From the NCBI GenBank assembly GCA_013239625.1, contig MU054187.1, forward strand, positions 6,459,757 to 6,523,756: DNA of 64,000 nucleotides. The letters run 5' to 3'. Each line of letters opens with the position of its first letter. Positions within the stretch are counted from its first letter, which is position 1. A model generated the notes under the pieces. That model did no database searches and had not been told where the DNA came from. It saw only the letters and a program-made list of their open reading frames with translations. The stretch comes from Lama guanicoe. Its lineage: Eukaryota. This document shows positions 25,101 through 39,289 of the stretch, one piece after another. Made by a program: the position numbers and the translations under genes.

Positions 25101-27869
25101 CACACTTTGTCAGGGATGCTCCTGGAGGCGGAATGCTGTGTCTTTTTCTCCCTGGTGTCCATGGTACAGAGTAGGGCCCAATAGCGTCCTCTTGACTGAT
25201 GGGTGGGGAGCAGTTTGGAACAATGGGAAGCCCAAAGGGGAGAGTCTTTGTAGATACTTCTTAACAGGAATATTGTTAAGGGGACTGGAACGTGTGCAAC
25301 TGAACTTGAGAACAAAGGAGGAAGCGATAAGGATGCTCTGTCCACCCCTTCCTCACCCTGTGATGCTCAGTATGACATATCGGAGGCAGGGAATGGCCCA
25401 GAAGCAGCAGGAGCAAGCAGGACATGGAAAAGGGGTCACTGCTGTGGGGTCCGTCGAGGCTCCACCCATTGTGTGATGAGCTCAGGTGCAGTTTCCTCAT
25501 CTCATAACCATGCGGAAGTACATGGCCTGCATTCTACGTGTGTCACTGCGTGGAAGACCGAGGGGAGAGAAACCTCCGTCGTTCAGGGCACTTCCTTCCC
25601 TGCAATGCCCAGGGAACAGAAGCCCAACTCCCTGCCTCATTCTTCGTGAACGGCTTCTTGCTTCTACTCAGGTCCTCCTCACCCGGGCAGGTCTGTGCGG
25701 GTGATGTCGATCACACGTTGCCTCAGGAGTTTCTGGCGAGTTAATCCATCATATAATTTTACAGCATGCGTATCGATTAGCATATCCCGCCACCACAGAT
25801 AGAGTACATCAGGTTGATACTCGACCTGTGAAATCCCCCAGAATCGTAGGCGATGCCTCATTTAGCTTACATCTCTGTTAAGGGAAGAGGGTATCCCAGA
25901 GAAGTAAAATCTTCAGATAGCTGAGGGTTGCCTTTTGAAAGCCGATTTCAAAATTGTATCTTATTCAGTTTGGGTTTTTTTAACCCTTAGAATGCATTAT
26001 GTACTCCTTACCCTTGTCAAATATAGTGTAATACATTTTTTTTAAAATGACAAATGGTGACTACAATGAACATAAGTTATTACGCCCTGCTCTGTGAAGT
26101 AACTACCATGATGAGGATTCTTGGAGCATGTGGGCTTTGCTCCCATGCCACATGGCCCGTGCTGCCATGCTACATGCACTTCCTAATTTTTATTTTTAAT
26201 TCTTCTTTCTCCTCTTAGCTATTAATTGGTTACTGTGATTTGGCTTGCTTCAAAATCCTTCCTCCTAGTTTTCTGTGGATTAGGAAGCCAGAAAACTAAG
26301 CTTGTTGAATCATATGCTTTGGGTGAAGACCTATGGGGAATCCCAAGAAATAAAGTCAGTGAGCTGTAGCAGTGCATGAATTTTATAGCAGCTCACCTGC
26401 ATGCTCAGAGACATAGTTCTGCCTAACGCACCAGCAGGCAGGGCATGAAGCACCTTCCGTTGCTGATTCCGTGCAAAACTGAAAACCTGGGCAGTTTTCC
26501 TTCCAAGGTTTTTGGAAACTTAGATTCGTACGCTACACCCCCTCTCCCCCACTCTGACTGAACTGTCTTTCCTCTGTGTAATATTTGCTCCAGCCTAACA
26601 GGACAGGACCTATGTTGGCATTTACACTTGGACTAAAACCTGCTTTAACAAAGTGGCAACTATCCTTTATATTTTTATGCTTAGATTTTTCTGGCTATTA
26701 AATATAAGCCTTTGTCTCTCATCATGAATATATTGGGCAAAATAAAGTAGCTTGTCGGTCTGTTTATCTTTTATGACATCCCTTGTCTTCCCTGAACACC
26801 GACTCTAAGGCAATGGGGACCCCAACACTGTCGTCAGTGGGCCTTTGGTCCCCTCACCTGAGCTGCCACCTCCTTCTCACATATCATGTGACCTTGGTCC
26901 CCCACAGTGGCCAAAATGTAATTCTTATATTTATAGATTTAAATTTCTACTGCTTTAGTCCCTTCAGCACCCAGACACCCAGGGATATGGACAGGGGCAC
27001 AGATACTGGCGAGAATCACGAGCACACGGACACCTTAGTTGGGGAGAAACGTGGGAGTGCCTCCTCTCCCCGTTCTCTACAGCGGTCTAGGTAACTGAGA
27101 CTGCTGGACAAGTGAGGCACGTGCACCGGGGTCCTTCTTAACCTGAGGGCTGAGAGTTCAGGTCAACATTTAACTGCTGGGAATCTGTGAAACTCTGAAA
27201 TCTTAGACACATGTGCATTTAGCGTAGAAGGTCCTCAGTTTCCAAAAATTTCTCAGGAGGTTCACTGCCAGAACTCCCACAAGGGAGAAAATTTTATAAA
27301 TTTACTGAATGTAGAACAGTGAACAACATGGCTGAAGTCTTCCTAAACTAGAAAATGCACACTGAGAAGAAGCCATCGTGCTGATGTACTTTTAAAAGTA
27401 TATTTGCAGAAACTCTTATTAGGAATGGCATTCCAAAGTTTTTAGGGAAAACTAAGGAACGCAGTTCTACATTATAACCGTGTTTGCTGCGGAGTATGAA
27501 GCCTGGGAAAGTGAAACCAAACAGAACTACACAGTAATCAACTTCACAGACGGACAGTTCCAAATAACGTAGTGTGTATGTGGCTGAAAGCGTTGTACAA
27601 AACTGTCACAATGTGGGGGATTTCTTATGTAAATTTAACATGATCTTGCTAATAAAATTTATCATCTCTGGAGAAAAGAAAAGAAAAAGAAGAAGAGGTT
27701 CCCTGCCAAGAGTTGTTTAAGCATCACCACTTTCGCTTTCCCTTGTGCTGGCTCACCTGTGCATGTCATTCTGCGGTGTCTGGGAGAGGCAAACATCCCA
27801 CCGGATGGTCTTATGGAAGGGCCGTCGGATGGATTGACTGCTCTATCTAAACATGAACGGTTGTGTGGT

Positions 27870-28017
27870 TATAAGAGGAAGCATTACTACTACACATAAA
27901 GTAGATAAGCAACAAGGATTTACAGTACAGCACAGAGAACTATATTCAATATCTTATCATAACCTATAACAGAAAATAATCTGAGAAGAATACATATATA
28001 TAACTGAAAAAAAAAAG
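27870..28017 (+). mobile_element. 5'-truncated L1 3' end with A-tail (cetartiodactyl-type)
   Basis: tagataagcaacaaggatttacagtacagcacagagaactatattcaatatcttatcataacctataa...tatataactgaaaaaaaaaaa. Confidence 0.8.
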
Positions 28018-28139
28018 AGTTAAGCATTGATGAAAATTGTGACAATAGAGAAAGTGTTAGGACATTAAAAAATCATCCATAACCTTACCACTGAGCTATA
28101 ACCACTTTTCACGTTGAGAATTGAGGTGTATTTTGCGTG

Positions 28140-28164
28140 CACACACACACACACACACACACAC
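28140..28164. repeat. (CA)n microsatellite
   Basis: Read directly. Confidence 0.95.
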
Positions 28165-28189
28165 AGAGAGTTGGGCTTATACTGGATAT

Positions 28190-28402
28190 CAGGGTAGCAC
28201 AGTGATAAAGACCCTAAAAGCCATGGCTGGACTCATACTCAATGTGGTGGTTATTTAAGCACTCTGTGCCTCAATTTAATCACCCATTAAAGTGAGGATA
28301 GTAACAGAATCAACCTCAAAGGGTTGTAAGGAGAATTAAAGCAGTTAATGCAAATAGTCTCAGAAAAACGACTGACCCATACTTAGTGCTCAATAAATAT
28401 CA
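28190..28402 (+). mobile_element. MIR SINE
   Basis: ctctgtgcctcaatttaatcacc...acctcaaagggttgtaaggagaattaaa...gtgctcaataaatat. Confidence 0.75.
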
Positions 28403-28439
28403 ATTTTTTGTAAATTAACCTGTTTTTTTCAATTCAGTA

Positions 28440-28690
28440 GTTTTTCACTGATGAATAGTTGATTTACAATATTATATTAGTTTCAGGTGTGTAGCATAGA
28501 GATTCAATATTTTTATAGATTATACTCTATCTAAAGTTATTACAAAATAATGGCTATATTTCTCTGTACTGTACAATATATCCTTGCTTCTTATCTATTT
28601 TATGTTTAGTAGTTTCTGTCTCTTAATCCCCAACCCCTATCTTGTCCCTCCCTACTTCCCTCTCTCCACTGGTAACTGCTACTTTGTTTA
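28440..28690 (-). mobile_element. L1 3' end fragment (cetartiodactyl-type)
   Basis: atagttgatttacaatattatattagtttcaggtgtgtagcatagagattcaatattttt...cttccctctctccactggtaact. Confidence 0.85.
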
Positions 28691-29724
28691 TTAATCTCCT
28701 TTTTTTCACTTAAAATTATATAATGTTACTTTATTCGTTTACTAAATATGCATTGAGCACAAAATTATGACTAGATAGCTTAAAACTCAGTTAATGCTGA
28801 GCATTTGGCTGTTTTCAATTTTGGACCAGTATAAATAATGGTACAATGAGCATCTCTCTATATAAACATTTCTCTACATCTTTGGTTTTTTTCCCCCTTA
28901 GGATAAATTCCAAGAAGCTGAACTAATGAGCAATGAAAATTCACATGGCTCTTGTCCATGTAGTTAAACTGCTTTCCAGAAATAACGTTCCCGTTTCTAT
29001 TCCCACCAGCAGTCTATGAGAGCACCTCTCTTTCCTCGCCTCACAATGAAGTGTGTTCTTATGTACACTGTCATTAAAGCACTGCTTTCTGCTAGTCTGA
29101 TCAAGTTTTATTTTTTCCTGCTTTCCCCTACTCCTACCCTTTGGCTTGGAAGTTATCTACTTCTATTATTTTACATGTTATTCTCCAAATTTTAACGTGG
29201 ATGTTTCATCAACAGATTTTGCAAAAAAAAAAAAAAGTCTGAGGTCAGTCTCTCTATTCTCATCCAGAATAAGAAAAAAAAAAAGGCTCTAACTTATCTC
29301 TGAACTTCCCCATATTTAAAATCACTGCTGTCTGCTGGTTTAGCCCTACCATGTATTCAGCCCCACAGTTACTGTTATTGTTGTGTAATCACTTCCAAAT
29401 AATGCCTTTTCAAATTTTCCAAAGTGTTTTACCAATTTCTCTGCTCGCTGCTAAATCTTGCACATGGCTCCTCTTTGAATTTATTTTCTTCTTGCTGAAG
29501 TGAGGGGCTGTGGCTAGTAAACTCTCTTAGCAATCTCCGTATGTTGGAAAATGTAACTTCTTCTTTCCTCTTAAGTAATATTTTAGCTAGGTATACAGCT
29601 CTAGATTAAAAATTGTTTTACCTAAACACTGTGGAGATATAATTAACTGCATTCTGGTTGCTCTAAAAAAGTATTCTATTGCCAGTCTGATGTTTCTTCA
29701 CAGGCAATCTGGTTTTTCTCTCTA

Positions 29725-30313
29725 GTGTCTGTTTTCATGCCAAAATCATACTGTCTGGATGATGATAGCTCTGTAACATGGCTTGAAATCAGGAAGTGTG
29801 ATGCTTCCAGCTTTGTTCTTTTTACTCAAGATTTCTTTGGCTATTTGGGGTCTTTCGTGGCTCCTTACAAACTTTAGGATTGTTTGTTCTCTTGCCGTGA
29901 AAAATGTCAGTGCAACTTTGATAGCCATTGCTCTGAATCTGTCGGTTGCTTTGGGTAGTGTGGACATTTAAACAGTATTAATTACTCTAATCCGTGAACA
30001 GAGTATCTTTCCATTTATTTGTGTTTCCTTCAATTTCTTTCAGTGCTTTATAATTTCCAGTGTACAAATATTTCACCTCCTTAGTTAAATTTATTCCTAA
30101 GTGTGTTGTGTGTGTGTGTGTGTGTGTGTTTTTTGCAGCTATTATAAATGGGACTGTTTTCTTAATTTCTTTTTCTGGTAGTTCATTGTTAGCATATAGA
30201 AATGCAACTGACTTTTGTACTTGAGGTTTGTATCCTGAAAACTTGCTGAATTCGTTTATTAGTTCTAACAGCTTTTCAGTGCAGTCTTTAATATATATAA
30301 CATCATGTCATCT
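29725..30313 (-). mobile_element. L1 ORF2 remnant, with a (TG)n tract at about 30108-30129
   Basis: ORF 29746-29967(-) STLPKATDRF...TILKFVRSHERPQIAKEILSKKNKAGSITLPDFK is a degenerate copy of the L1 ORF2 LPKAIYRF...KKNKAGGITLPDFKLYY segment. Confidence 0.92.
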
Positions 30314-33300
30314 GTGGAGACTATCTCCTCCCACCCCCAACCATGGACCAAGCCATTCCATGTCATGCCCAAGTACAGGCAGGCAGAACTTTCTTTATTC
30401 CTGTTTCAGCTAGGAGCCCCAGTTTTCCAGCTCCTCATCTTATGTGGGGAGACGATTCTAGTTTCAGTCCCAGGCCTTTGGTTTCCATCTCATCACCATG
30501 CAAGCATTAAACTCTAGCCTCTAAGAGCTAGCTCTGGTTCACCTGCTCCATAAGGCTTCCAATCCCTCCTCCCTCGGATGATTCCTGCTTCATTTGTGAC
30601 CCGTGAAGATTCCACTTTCTTACTTTTGACTTCAGCTATGAATTAACAGTTTAAAATTATATTTATCCCACATTTCTGTGTGGGGGAAGGTTTCTGCTTT
30701 CCGGCACCAGCCTATCCTACCATCTTAAGCAGAATTTCTAATATACAAATATTTGTATAGTTACTTTATATTTATTCACCTTATGTAAGTTTTTATGTTC
30801 TTGAGTCTCAAGCATACAATCACATACTCTAAAAATATTGGTAATTTTGTTCTCTATTTTTATCAACCACCTTTCATATCTTTATTTTCACCTATGTATT
30901 CTGTCACAGATTGACAGCAATATGTCAAATTCTTTCAATATAACTATTTTTTATCTGTCTCTCTATAGCTCGGCTTTCTTATAAGTACTACATTGTTCGT
31001 TTTATCTTTAGCATTGATTATAGCTTTTGTTTGTAGAACATACATGCTCTCTTTCCTTTTTAATTATCTTATACAGACAAAAGCTGCCTCTACAGCACTT
31101 CCTTTGGAGTTATCACCTTAATTGCTTTAAGCTTCCCTGTGTTATTCTGTTTCAGCTGTGCTGCTTACACATTATAACTGTAACAGATGGTGGTGTTACT
31201 GTTTAACACTTTTTATTTTTTGCTATTTCTGTGCACGTTCTTTTGGTTTGTTCATTTTTGCTATATGCATTTATTTTTTTTTGCTATTTTTCTGGCAAAA
31301 AATTTTTTAAAAGTAAGCTTTGTGCTTTCAATGTTAACAGTGGTTAACTTAGATTTTTGAAAGACAATCCTAGATCTATATTAAATTAACACAATTTATT
31401 AAGTAATAAATTAGCAATTTTGAAAACCATCTCTCGTGGAAGATACATGTAATACTGTTCCCTTTTACACTCCACCCACCACTGTAATTCTAGCTTTCCT
31501 TCAGAACTCTGCGGTTATGGAGGCCATAATTTGGTTTCCAAAATCTTAGAAATAAAAGTGATCAATTCACTTAAAAATATCTTTTAGTAATTAACTTTTT
31601 AGAAATTAATTTTATAACCATTTAAAACACACATTCAAATCCATCTCTGCATCTCACTCATTTTTCTGCCCAGTGCCTATCCATCTGCCAAGACTTCTCC
31701 ACTCTGGACTTGTTTTCCTATGTGCTTCATCGTCCTGGCACAGTTTTTCCAGCAGCTTATGCAGGAAGGCTGCCCTGACAGTAGAATTCCGTGTGTCTGA
31801 CCAGCCGAGGACGTGCTCCTGCCGTTTCTCGGGGGCTTTATTCTCCAGGCTTCCGCAGTGGTCTGCGAGATTGATTCCTAGCGCTTTGACCTGCTGAGTG
31901 CTCTGAGAACAACGTGAAACTTTTGTGGACATTTTTTTCTGGGTGATTTGATTTTTTTCTCTGGATTCCTATCATTCCCTCCTGCTCTCCCTCTTCCTCC
32001 TTTCAGATACTGAAAAATTCCTCCCTTTGTGCTTAGAAGTGGCTGTTATCCTGCCATTCTTTTCTTGAAACAGTGTACACTCTAGTTTTTCTAGAGTGTC
32101 TCTTTGTGTTGGGAAATATTCCCTATATTGCTACAGCTGATTTCTCTCTTGTTGTTTCTTATTAAGCAGTAGAGTTGTGCAAAGTCCAGGCCATTTCTCT
32201 TACCAGAGTGACCCCTTTTCACATCGGCTTCTTAAAGTTCCATCAATGCAATATTCTCTGGGATTTTTTGAATGGACAAATGAGAAATTTTAAAATATTT
32301 TCTCCTGTTTCTTGCAAAATATCTACTTCAGAGGAGTAAATGGCTCTGACACTTTCTCTCTTCCTTCAAGTCTCTGCTCAGAGGTCATATTCTCAGTGGC
32401 TGATTCCGCGTGTGGCCCCCTCCCAACCCCTGCATTCCAGATCCCCTTTTCTGTCCTACTCTCCTTTTTCCACACACTGACCAAGCTCTAAAATATTATC
32501 TAGTTTATTTATTTGTTTAGTCTACTTCTCTGGTTGCTCTTTTTTTTTGACCCTTACTCCAGCCTCACTAGAATATAAACTCTGAGAATAAGAATGGGGA
32601 TCTTTTTATGTTTAGTTCTCTGATATATTCCAAGTGCTCTAAACATTCAGAGACTCTATCTCTGGATGAGGGGTGCACCAGAGTCACATTACAAATGGAG
32701 ATGTCTCCTGAGACGGGAGGAATGTGTGACCATGAAATAATGTGTTACAGAAGCCAGGTCCTGTTAATTTCTGTATTCCTTGCAGCACCAAGCAGATCAC
32801 CTAATATAAATAAGTACTATAATAGAGATTTTTGGAAGTGAAGGAGGAAGAAGAACTGAGGTTAGTAATTCCAAATCTGATGTTCTATTTAAAACAGACT
32901 TGGCAATCAGATACTTTCAAAGACATTTCTTTCCCTATGGTTTAGAAGGATTTCACTCCACATAATAAATGTGGCCAGAAAAATGCTGATTTTATCTTTT
33001 AATACTCGAAAACCCTAAAAACATGTTCAGTTCAGTTAAAGGATTTTCGATTTGACAACTCTCATGAATACAATGTTCAGGCTATTATAAGAAAGTGAGC
33101 TAAAGTAGATCTCTTTGTATCAGAGGCAAGAAAAATTCACACTTATGAATACATTTCACCATACATGTCTGCGTAAATGAAACCATTAGGTGGAGAGAAC
33201 ATGAGAAAATTCAGAGAGAGCCCTTTAAGGAAGAAACCTAACTTTTCCTCTTTACTTAAAAAAAAAGGAGGGAGCATTGTTTCTATATATTACAACACAT

Positions 33301-34049
33301 TTCATCTTGAAATAATCAAAATGACTTTAAATCCCAGCAACTTAAAATATGGTAAAAGCTGAGCATAAACATGTGTATAGCAAACAGCACAAGTGGTGGT
33401 GTTGTTGTCATGAGGATGCTCTGTTATTTAAAATCCAGAGCCTCATTTTACACGCCTACTTCTTCATGGTTAGAACAGTGAACACAAAATTTCCAATCAC
33501 TTTTAGAATTATTTGTAATGTGAATATTTTATCCCTTTAACATGAAAGACTATATATTATCTATATTCTCAGAGTGTTGCATTCAGTTGTTCCTCAATAT
33601 TTAAGCTGAATTAAATTAAACTGAACTTGCAGTTCTAATTCCAACCATGACTTAAAAGTTTCAACTCTTCGGTTTGATTTTATCCCTATGTGAGCACTGG
33701 AAAAAAATATTTTTCAGATACTTCTGAAAGAATTTTTCTCTTCTTCATTTAAAGAGGGGTCACAACATAACAGGATCACCTACACTTAAGTGTCCTTCCC
33801 TGCTCCTGGGTCAGGAGTAGATTCAGGAGCCTCCCCTCAACCGTCAGCGTTTATTCGTAGCATCGAGTTCTCCTTCTCTGAGCACACACTGTGCCATCCT
33901 GGTCTTGATCAATCTGCACAGATTCAGTGGTATCCACCGTGAGCCTGCTGGCACTGTGGTTCTGAGCAGGAAGAAGACAAGTTCCTGTTCTCAACAAGTG
34001 TGCAGTTTGATTGAGAAAAGAATATTTGTGCAATAATCGTAATCTTGGT

Positions 34050-34250
34050 AATAATAAGGGCAGCTACCCTGTCTTTCACACGTGCTCTTTGACAGGCACT
34101 TAAGTACATTATCTCCATTCTTCCAAAATCAGTGCAAATTACACATGTATAATGCCCAGTTCACAGGTGAGGAAACAGGCCCCGGGAGTTCTGTGAGCTT
34201 GCCCAATACCGTTACTGTAGCCAGTAGACGAAGCAGTTCTAACTCAAATT
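34050..34250 (-). mobile_element. MIR SINE
   Basis: cccagttcacaggtgaggaaacaggccc...gagcttgcccaata. Confidence 0.65.
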
Positions 34251-37200
34251 CAATGTCAAATTCAATGTCAAAGATCACGCTCTTTCTAGGTGGCCTTCTA
34301 ATCCAGGGAATGGCTGGATCGGGACACCTGGCAGAAAAATCCTAAGTGCCCCAAATGAGGATGAGAGACCCCAACTAAAGATGAGGAGGAGAGAAATTAC
34401 TGTTGTCTTTCTAGTAGGGCACATTTGTGGCTTATGTGGAGATGGACCTTGAAACGAAGACTTGGACACACGGGATGGGCGGGGTTAAGTCAGAGCCACG
34501 ACAGGTGGGCAGGCTCCCCTGTTCCTTCATCGTATATAACTTGCCTGCTGTCCCCTTCAGCACTGTCCTGGCCAATCTTACTCTTTTTTTTATCACCTCC
34601 CTTATCGCCATCCAAGACCTGTCTTTTCTTCATTCATCAGAAAAAATCCATTCCTCCCAAAAAGCATCCTTTAGACTGCAAATTCCCTGAAGTTGCAGAA
34701 GTCCTCCAGCCTGCACACTCATTTCTGATCTGCCCTAGACGGATTTCTGTGTGTCTCTCATTTGTGTTTTCACATTTTCCCACTTACGCTGGTTGTCTCT
34801 CAGCAGGAAGTGAGTCTCCTGGAAACAGAGATTTGCCTTTTGGTATTAACTCCCCTCCCGCCTCACCCTGCACTCTATCTACTCTGAACATTTGCTAACG
34901 TACAGGCGTGTTAGGAGGAACAAAGTAAGGCAATAAAATAAATGAACGGCAATCCATGGAAGTTTGCTGAATGGTGGGTGCACTGTGCCTAAAATTTTCG
35001 TTGTTATGTCTGAAAGTTGGACCCCTACATTCTTTTACTTTTACTTTTTATTATTTTTATTTTTTATTCTAAAAACGTTGGGGGTTCCTTCCTTTTGATG
35101 CTTCTATATTTTCTCTCCATTTTTTCTTATTCATCTTTTCCCCAGTATTTCCTTCTAATGATCTTCTTTTCTAATTTAATTTTTATTTTATCAAGGTAAT
35201 AATGTAAATAGTTTCAAAAGCCAAATTATAATAGCCTTTGAGCCGTAGGCAGCATCTCTCCGCCTCTCATTATCTCTATCTCTAACTCCCTTGTACAGAG
35301 GTGAACGTTTTCAATCATTTCAGCTGCATCTTCTGGTATTTACTTGCGTATCTTTAACTGACATGCATAAATTGCTATGTGTTTATTATTTTAGTTTAAG
35401 TTGCTATTTAGGAATTCTACTAGGAAAGTTTCACCCCAACCTGCACATAAATTTTCCTTCTCCCCAACCTCTTTAAATAATTAAAACACAACCTAGGACT
35501 AAATTAACATTTAGTACTTATATCATTGTAACTATATAAATAGTAGTCATAGCTGAGCCACATTAAAAAGCTGATTCTATTTTAAATATTTTTTAACAGT
35601 AAAAAAAAATTCTTTTAACAGTATGATGACGTTTCCTTCCTTATACAATATGTTGTTATCCTCTTACGTTAGTAATTGCTTTTATAAGAGATTACATGTA
35701 TCCAGAACTGCCCTTTGCCCTTGGACATGAGGCTTAGACCCTGGCTTTCCCCCATCCTCGCACCTCTACAGCACAGGATTCCTTGGCCAAGGAAGCCAAG
35801 GGGACAGGAGCATGCCCACCTGGAGCTTGTGCCCCTCTGCCCTCCTAGACCTGGCTTCTGAAACCCTGGATTCCAGACTTCCCTGCCCAGCTGGTCCCAA
35901 GCGCCCTTTCAGGTCCCTCCTTGCAAAGGCAGATGTTCTTGCTGTGTGTGCACTCCAAGGCCAAGGATGGGTGGATAGAGCCCACAGGCATGTGCAAGAC
36001 CCCTCGCGGTAAAGGAAGGGGCTGGGGTGGGCCGAGGGCTGGAGGCCTCCACCCTTGGCCCGTCTGTGACCAACAATAATGCACCCCCAACAGATGACTG
36101 GACTAAATCTCCTGTTTCTTCAAACACACTTGCTAATAGCTTTGTTCTGTCTGTTAGAGAAGTCCCTTCTTTCACAGTCGTCCAAACCCACTGTCACCCA
36201 TCACCTCTCCTCTCCACCCCTTTCAGAACGTCCTTCATTTCTCCTTTGTGTTATCTCTGACACCTTTGGGACCCCGCGCCTTCTTCTTTCCTGGTTTATT
36301 TAATCATGTTGAGAGGGGTGCATGGAAGATACACTGGAGGTTAAAAATGCTTTATTTCATTTTCACACTAAGCTTGGTATCATATTTGTAGGTTGGAAAT
36401 TGTTTCCCTTCAGAATTTTGGAGGTTCTGCTTTATTGTCTTCAAGCTCCCAATATTGCTGCTAAATCCAGTGATACTTGAATCCTTGGTCCTTCATGTGG
36501 GGTATATTTCTTCTCTCCTGGAGCCTCTCTCAGGAGGTATTTCCTGGTATTCTGTCATTTTATATCGATGGCTTTGGTCTGAGTCTTTTTCATTTACTCA
36601 GTTGAACATTCCACGAACGTATCCAATCTGAAAATTCATGTGTTTCAGTTCAGGGAAACTTTCTTACTTTATTATTACTTCTTGTTGTTAAATCTTCTCC
36701 TCCATTTTCTCCAATTTTTTATTTTTGTAACTTCTGTTATCTGAATATTTGATATAGGAGTTAACTTCTAAAATTTTTTACTTTATTCTCCCACTTTCTA
36801 TATTTTTGGCTCTTTTTTCTTTTTTTTTGAGGTTTTCTTGACATGACCTTCTCATCCTTCTCTGCATTTTTCACACATGATCACACTTCTCCTTTCTAAG
36901 ACTATTCCTGGTTGTGTTGTTAACAACATCTTATTCTTTTTTCCGATAGATCAGTGTTTTTATCTCTCTGATGACATTAATTACAATCCTCCTTCTTGCA
37001 TTTTCTCATTGTCTCCAAGTTTTTTGTTTTCTCATTTGTTCTTGATCCTCGGCTAAGCCATCCTTAAGAGTGGGGGCACTGAACACCCATTTGGAAGGTC
37101 AGCCTGCCTGGGAGGGGCCCGTGAGCTCCATGGGGACACGACAAGGTGACAGGCTGTGTCTTTCCTTGGAGGACTCCCCAGCTGTCAGAATCTGCAGGTC

Positions 37201-38370
37201 TGTTACCTGCACAGGTCAGCATCCTCAGAGAGAAGTCCTCCCAGTCCGCTGGCAGCGGTGAGGGCGGTGCCAGCTCTCTGGGAGCTGGTGTGGAGGAACA
37301 GGGCAGGCGGTCTGCAGTTTTAGAAACAGCCCCTCACTAAACCCCCTGTTTGGCCCTGGGCCTGGCCCCAGCTGGACGTGGCATCCTGGAAGCTCTCTGT
37401 TCCAACTCCCCAGACAGTAAACTGTCCCTGCATCTGCTGATTGGGGATCTGATGTTTAGCTGCTCCTTGAAACACTTTGCACAGACTCCCCTGGTCTGAG
37501 CCACTCCCTTACCCTAAAGCCACTCAGCCTTCAGAGAAGACTGTCTCCTGAGCGTTTCCAGGGGTTCGTGATGCAAAACCCACTTGCTTCTTGCTGGCTT
37601 CCTTCCTCAGGTCTGCCACGTCGGCAGCCACTCGTCCACCTGCTTGTTAACTTCCCAAAACCGGTGGAATCTCTCGTCAGCTATCATTTCTCCATATGTT
37701 CACTTTGTTCCCAAGGTTTACACATTTTTTTAAAAATTCCTTTACTCTTATGTAAATGAGGTTTTAAATAGAGAAGAAATGAACTCATATGCTCGATCTG
37801 CCACGTTTAACTGGAAGCTCTAACACGTTTCTTTCATTTTGTTCATATATTTTCTTTGTACTTTCATGGGAGGATACTACTGACAATGTTAGCCCTTACA
37901 ATACCTATGAGTTGCTTTAAATGCCATTAAAATTTTTTAGTCCGTTCATTTCACATGCATTTACTGATTATGTTTTTTATTACATTACTTAGGAAGCAAA
38001 AAAGTTTTGAAATACCCTTTGAATTAGGGCAAGAATAAAGATGTGGCAAAATTTGAAATTTTAATAACGTACATATCCAGTGGCAACAGTAATAAATAAA
38101 ATCATAGTAAGAAGTAACCATAATCAGAAACCTCCTTTAAAAATCAAAGCCCACTTATCTAGTGACAGGTGACAGGGTGACAGAGTAAGAGAAGGTAAAG
38201 AGAAGATACCGACCCAATAATACAAGACTAACTGGAGCTTGCAAGGAAAATATAATAGAAAAGAAGCTTTGGGATTTATTATTAATTAGAAACACTGAGT
38301 TTCAAAACTAGCAAAAGCAATGATGGCTTAAAATGTTTACTAAGTGCTTACTGTGTGAGAATAAATATAC

Positions 38371-39289
38371 TGTCAAATAAAAAACAAATCTGGAGTTAGA
38401 AAGAGAGACTTTATTCAAAAAGATTATTGCAAGAGGAGTAAATAATTTTTTTCTGCAATTCAGGATTTAAATAAGTTCAAGTTATTTAAGTTATGTATTT
38501 TAAATTGCACCATGCTGAAACTAGGCTAAAAAAGATTTAAATACACACCACTGCAAGGTAACTAAATGAGTTGCTTTTCATTTTTTTTTAAACAAATTTG
38601 TTTCAGAAAAAAAAACAACAGAGCACAATCTATACCATGTAGTCACCCTGTCCAGTATGTGGGAAGTCACAGGGGCCCGTGGCAAGTGGAGCTGGGACAG
38701 GCAGTAGTGCTTGCAGAAGGAACTTCTGCTCACAGATGACATGCAGAGTGGAAAATCCCGAGTTCCTCTGCGCTCCCCTGCAGCAGAAGGCAAGGGGACT
38801 ATTGCAATTGGGAGAACACTGTCAACATACGATCTGCAAGCGTTTCACGGGTTAGGCAGGAAGAGTCTTCTTCTATAGGGAGGGGTAAACAGTGCTAGAA
38901 AGAACAGCATGTGAGAAGTGGGATGAAAGGATGACCAGGCGGAGGGCAGATCAGAGACTCTTTTACCCTGAGACCAGGTGAGGATGAGCCAACCTTCAGG
39001 GTCTAAGAGAAGGAGAAACTCGACCAAATCTAGTTAACAACCATTTTGCTCCACTGATCAGCAGGGACTGGCATTTAAGAGAATCACTTATGCAGCAAAG
39101 AATGGGGAGCTGGGGAGTCAGCGTCTGTCTCCCCAAGGAGGGGGGCACCTGTGTGAGTCCGGTGGTTCTTTGCAGGCAGGGTGGTTCTTTGCCGTCAGCC
39201 CTCATTTCCTGGTACACAAAGGATGGAGAGGCTCCTTAACCTTCGCTGTTTTCCAAGATCACAAGGATTGGGTAAATTTCAACATTGTC
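38371..39289 (-). mobile_element. ERV1-class solo LTR (MER67-like), split by an insert of about 350 nt
   Basis: The reverse complement begins TGACAATGTTGAAATTTACCCAATCCTTGTGATCTTGGAAAACAGCG and ends ...AATAAAGTCTCTCTTTCTAACTCCAGATTTGTTTTTTATTTGACA, giving TG...CA termini and a poly(A) signal. Confidence 0.7.

Noticed and set aside
30742..30759. 18-nt perfect palindrome TATACAAATATTTGTATA
   Set aside because: It is AT-rich and short, with no supporting context.
38643..38800. CPVCGKS zinc-finger-like peptide in the LTR insert
   Set aside because: The downstream His pair and C2H2 spacing are missing, so it is probably chance.
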